A stretch of DNA of 62,323 nt, filler included, from a bacterium (lineage in GTDB: Bacteria > UBA9089 > CG2-30-40-21 > SBAY01): the NCBI GenBank assembly GCA_040757115.1. It is 11 parts of 11 records of this genome, joined end to end, with 100 filler letters (N's around TTAATTAATTAA, not from the genome) between each part and the next. Parts side by side here need not be neighbours in the genome. Positions count along the whole stretch, not along the records: positions 56,828 to 62,323 come from JBFLYA010000250.1; 10 more parts are not named here. One strand, 5' to 3'. A program made the translations under genes and the position numbers. This document shows, in pieces, positions 59,801 through 62,323 of the stretch (its first letter is position 1; the number at the start of each line of letters is the position of its first letter). The notes under the pieces were generated by a model. That model was not told where the DNA came from. It searched no databases and worked only from the letters and a program-made list of their open reading frames with translations.

Positions 59801-62146
59801 GATGTAGTTATTAATCATTGGTCATTAGCTATTAGTGATATGCATAAGGAGTTTGCAACAATTACTATTCCAGCATTAGAATCAAAGGTAATTGAGGTTA
59901 ATTACCAGTTACCAATCACCAGTTACCAAGCAGACTATGCTACAATTACCTTAGTTTTATCAGGAAATGTAAGCGGGACTTATACNNNNNNNNNNNNNNN
60001 NNNNNNNNNNNNNNNNNNNNNNNNNNNNNNNNNNNNNNNNNNNNNNNNNNNNNNNNNNNNNNNNNNNNNNNNNNNNNNNNNNNNNACTTCTGTAAATCTT
60101 GATGCAGGTAAAGGTGCAACATATACGATTAAAATTCCAAATCTCAAATTCCAAATTCCAAACAAATCTCAAATTCCAAACTCCAAATCCCAAATTACCC
60201 AATTACCCAGTTACTCAATTACCCAATCTCCCTTACCTGGAACTTATACTGCTAAGGCTGTAATTTTGTATGATGGAAATGAGATAGATAAGGAAGAGAT
60301 GGTATTTAGTTTAGAACCGAATTTTGAGATTCTGGATGTTAGTCATCTTGAATTAACAGTTGGTAAAGAAGGGACGATTACCGTTGTAGTTAAGAATATT
60401 GGGAGTGCTATGGGTGAGGCAAAGGTAAAGGTAAAATTGTTGGATTTGCTGGATGAGGAACAGGTGATATGGTTAGACCCAGAAGAGATGGGGACTTTAA
60501 ACTTCAGGTTAGCTGTTCCATCAGATTTTGAGAATGGAACTTATACAGGAGTGAGCAGTGAACAGTGGTCAATGAGCAGTAAAGAGTTTTCAGTAAAGAT
60601 AGTTGGGATAAAGATAGATGTAGAAGCAGAACTGGATAAAGAATGTTATGAAGAAGGGGAATTGGCTACTTTTACATTAAAGGTAACTAATCTAAGTGAT
60701 GTTTCTCTGGGAACATTGAATTTATCAGCTAAAGTAAAATTTAACGATTATGCAGGAAGCCAAACATTCCAAATTTCTGAGTTTTCACTTCTTAGTTTTA
60801 ACTTGCCGATTCATCATACTGGTCAAAAACTCCAATTTGGTATTTATTCAGGGAATGAGCGAGCCATCTGGTTGGATGCCATTTATGTTCGACCCAAAGG
60901 AACAATTACGGTAATTTCGGACAAGCAAATTTACCATCAAGGAGAAACTGCCAGCTTAACAATTATCTCACAGGAAGCCGGGACAGTGAGTTTGATTACA
61001 CCAGGCGAGCCTGCAAGTTGGACAATTGTATTTAGTGAAGCAGGTAGTCAAACATTTGCCTTCAATCTACCTGCACAAATGTTATCAGGGACATATTATT
61101 TGTATTATGTTCAGGAAAATTCCAAATCACAAATTCCCAATTACCCAATTCCCCAATTCCCCAATTACTCTCTACTTCCTATCGATGTGCGAGGGATAGA
61201 GGCAGTCATAAAAGGGGCAAGTTTGGATAAAGCAGGGTATTCGGTTAATGAAGGATTTAAGGTTAAGATAAGTGTAGATGTGAGTGAAGGATTTGAAGGG
61301 ATGATAAAGGCATGGATAAATGAAGGAGATAATTGGACTAAGGTATATGAGAAAGATGAGACATTTGAAAAAGGAAGGCAGGTCTATGAAATAGTAAGTA
61401 CTACAACTACATCCAATAGGCAAACATTAATCTATGGTATATATTTAGGCACACATACCTTAGTTACATCAGGAAGGAAGGGAATAAGTATCTACAACAT
61501 TACGGAAGAAATGGGTAAGATTATAGAGAAGGAGTGGCTAATGGTAGAAATAATGCCATCTGGCCTAAGTAAAAACGCCTTGTTTGATTTCTTTAAGGTA
61601 ACACAATATCCATTACCACCAGCAGGGATACAGCCAATAAAGGTATTAGAGTTTATTATTTATGATAAGGATGTAGAGATAAAAAAAGATATAAAGGTAA
61701 CATATTTTTATGGACAGGAGGGATTAGGATATGATATAATAAAAGATAGTTTAAAGGCATATTATATAAAGGAAGGTAAGTGGGAAGAAGTCAGCAGGCA
61801 GGAATTGGATAGAGTAAATAATAAGTTAATATTTTATTTACCACATTTATCATTAGTCGGGATAGGTGCAAAGGTAAGCAAACCATTAGGTGAATTAAAG
61901 GTCTATCCCAACCCGGCAAGGGAGCAAGTAACTTTTGGTGATAGCCTCCCGGGTCAAATAAAGGTAAGGATATTTAATATAGTCGGTGAAGAGGTATATG
62001 AATATGAGGGAGTAAGTAGTAGTGGTAAGTGGATTTGGAAGCTCCAGAATAAAGATAATGAGAAAGTAGCCGGTGGGATTTATATTTATGTGATTAGTAG
62101 TTCTGAAGGAGATAAGAAGGTAGGAAAGATAGGAGTGGTGAGGTAA
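56828..62146 (+). CDS. Giant surface protein, 5'-partial, with a 100-N gap at 59986-60085: Ig-like domains, 14 beta-propeller blades and a C-terminal YPNP..GIYIY sorting-like domain
   Basis: 14 VDG.YIW repeats; C-terminal KVYPNP...GGIYIY..GKIGVVR. Confidence 0.8.
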   Translation: MINTGKFKQDMEVVSFIEGFNFSTTTLLSLLPSQKGNLSLSALIPASLTAGYHYGSVCVQIGSSSKYKQFSFYIPQAKLEVKLNDKSYQPGEKVNIYVKNIGGVADSWDYTIRLFDTIGNEVYTGEGSIDNLFPADDERVIGFDIPEGLITGDYIISLITTAQLIQLREYFDRYIRIEGIDADMSIWTTQKTYSINEQINVNVKIDNKNKAIEDAKLSLKVRNNYPGWQTFTALKRIYDIKVDGNYVWFTTDLIVKRYNKVDNKWDDYNKIQDANTIAVDGRYIWFGTWDGVSRYDKETDSWTTFNEENSGLVSNYIHSIAVDGKYIWFGTWYSGVSRYDKETGSWTTFNAGNSELVSNEIRTIAVDGRYIWFGAWGVSRYDKETGSWITFNKENSGLVSNNISSIAVDEKYIWFGTEYDGVSRYDKETGSWTTFNAGNSELVSNEIRTIAVDGRYIWFGAWGVSRYDKETGSWTTFTQQNSGLVSNNISSIALDEKYIWFGTDYAGVSRYDKEGYNWIDFTQQNSGLVSNDIWSIAVDDKYIWFGTDYDGVSRYDKETGSWTTFTEQNSGLVRNDIHSITVDGKYIWFGTWDGVSRYDKETGSWTTFNKNSGLESNDIWSIAVDGKYIWIGTCEGGVSRYDKETGSWTTFTKQNSGLQTNCIRTIAVDGKYIWIGTWDNDVSRYDKETGSWTTFTSYNSGLVGYKIRSIAVDGKYIWIGTRYGLSRYDKETGSWTTFTQHSIMSIAVDGKYIWIGTWLGVLRYDKETSSWTTFTPENSELVSNYINSIAVDGEYIWFGTEYGVSRYTPGGDVIYEKEYEITCLEANISQKVINIGTLSSVGKLYIEGVITSNKNQKIAIDMNSFYIFKSNLYLTFDTDKKVYKPDELITISGTLTNKGENIEAGDLELKVKDGDVIFRTPINLGSNSSYSFIATTTANSSFVLECMINDVKVIDYILVEETKVNIEIITKQALGRGTNTLIISLKNISQVDVVINHWSLAISDMHKEFATITIPALESKVIEVNYQLPITSYQADYATITLVLSGNVSGTYXXXXXXXXXXXXXXXXXXXXXXXXXXXXXXXXXXTSVNLDAGKGATYTIKIPNLKFQIPNKSQIPNSKSQITQLPSYSITQSPLPGTYTAKAVILYDGNEIDKEEMVFSLEPNFEILDVSHLELTVGKEGTITVVVKNIGSAMGEAKVKVKLLDLLDEEQVIWLDPEEMGTLNFRLAVPSDFENGTYTGVSSEQWSMSSKEFSVKIVGIKIDVEAELDKECYEEGELATFTLKVTNLSDVSLGTLNLSAKVKFNDYAGSQTFQISEFSLLSFNLPIHHTGQKLQFGIYSGNERAIWLDAIYVRPKGTITVISDKQIYHQGETASLTIISQEAGTVSLITPGEPASWTIVFSEAGSQTFAFNLPAQMLSGTYYLYYVQENSKSQIPNYPIPQFPNYSLLPIDVRGIEAVIKGASLDKAGYSVNEGFKVKISVDVSEGFEGMIKAWINEGDNWTKVYEKDETFEKGRQVYEIVSTTTTSNRQTLIYGIYLGTHTLVTSGRKGISIYNITEEMGKIIEKEWLMVEIMPSGLSKNALFDFFKVTQYPLPPAGIQPIKVLEFIIYDKDVEIKKDIKVTYFYGQEGLGYDIIKDSLKAYYIKEGKWEEVSRQELDRVNNKLIFYLPHLSLVGIGAKVSKPLGELKVYPNPAREQVTFGDSLPGQIKVRIFNIVGEEVYEYEGVSSSGKWIWKLQNKDNEKVAGGIYIYVISSSEGDKKVGKIGVVR
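57650..59250 (+). repeat. About 13 near-identical ~130-bp beta-propeller-coding repeats
   Basis: Recurring GGTGTATCACGATATGATAAGGAAACCGGTAGTTGGACAACTTTT. Confidence 0.93.
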
Positions 62147-62213
62147 GAGAGTTGGAAAGAGAGAAGTGGTTATGGTTTTAATGCAAAGAGCAAGAGGTAA
62201 AAATCAAAGAGAG

Positions 62214-62323
62214 AAAGCAATGAAAATAGTAGGCAAGTAGGTAGTAGGTAAGTAGGAAAGGGATAAAGGATGTGCACGGTATTCCTCTTCTGGGGGCAAT
62301 GTCTCCCCCTTTCCTACTTTCCT
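62214..62323. repeat. Copy of the interior of the 19873-20073 element
   Basis: Matches 19920-20024. Confidence 0.9.

Overview
The window is not one locus. It holds 11 unlinked contigs of about 5.5 kb joined by artificial N..TTAATTAATTAA..N linkers, plus two plain 100-N scaffold gaps. The source is an AT-rich, flagellated, probably diderm and anaerobic bacterium, likely a metagenome-assembled genome. Housekeeping content: part of the S10 r-protein operon, flhA-flhF-flhG, pstA-pstB-pstB-phoU, dapL/dapB/dapF, Moco genes, ccsAB, ctpA, clpX, a GH57, an HndC/NuoF-like subunit, lptD, tRNA-Arg, tRNA-Pro and two giant surface proteins. The most notable signals are five. (1) A family of non-autonomous elements shares only ~11-12 bp GTAA..TCA / TGA..TTAC ends. 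I verified 8-bp target duplications (IS66-like) at several copies, yet each insertion has a different interior. One sits inside rplD, one carries a decayed GxxExxY gene, and one appears to enclose an attC-flanked DUF4160/DUF2442 integron cassette. (2) A compact operon encodes a divergent RelA/SpoT-like nucleotidyltransferase, an ATPase and an ATPase-TPR protein with near-identical, locally hypervariable repeats, and is a candidate defence system. (3) Intergenic-type heptamer repeats are translated in frame inside a surface protein. (4) The two PstB paralogues are degenerate in complementary ways. (5) Several further miniature repeat families occur, often nested. All calls come from motif reading by eye; no database searches were run.
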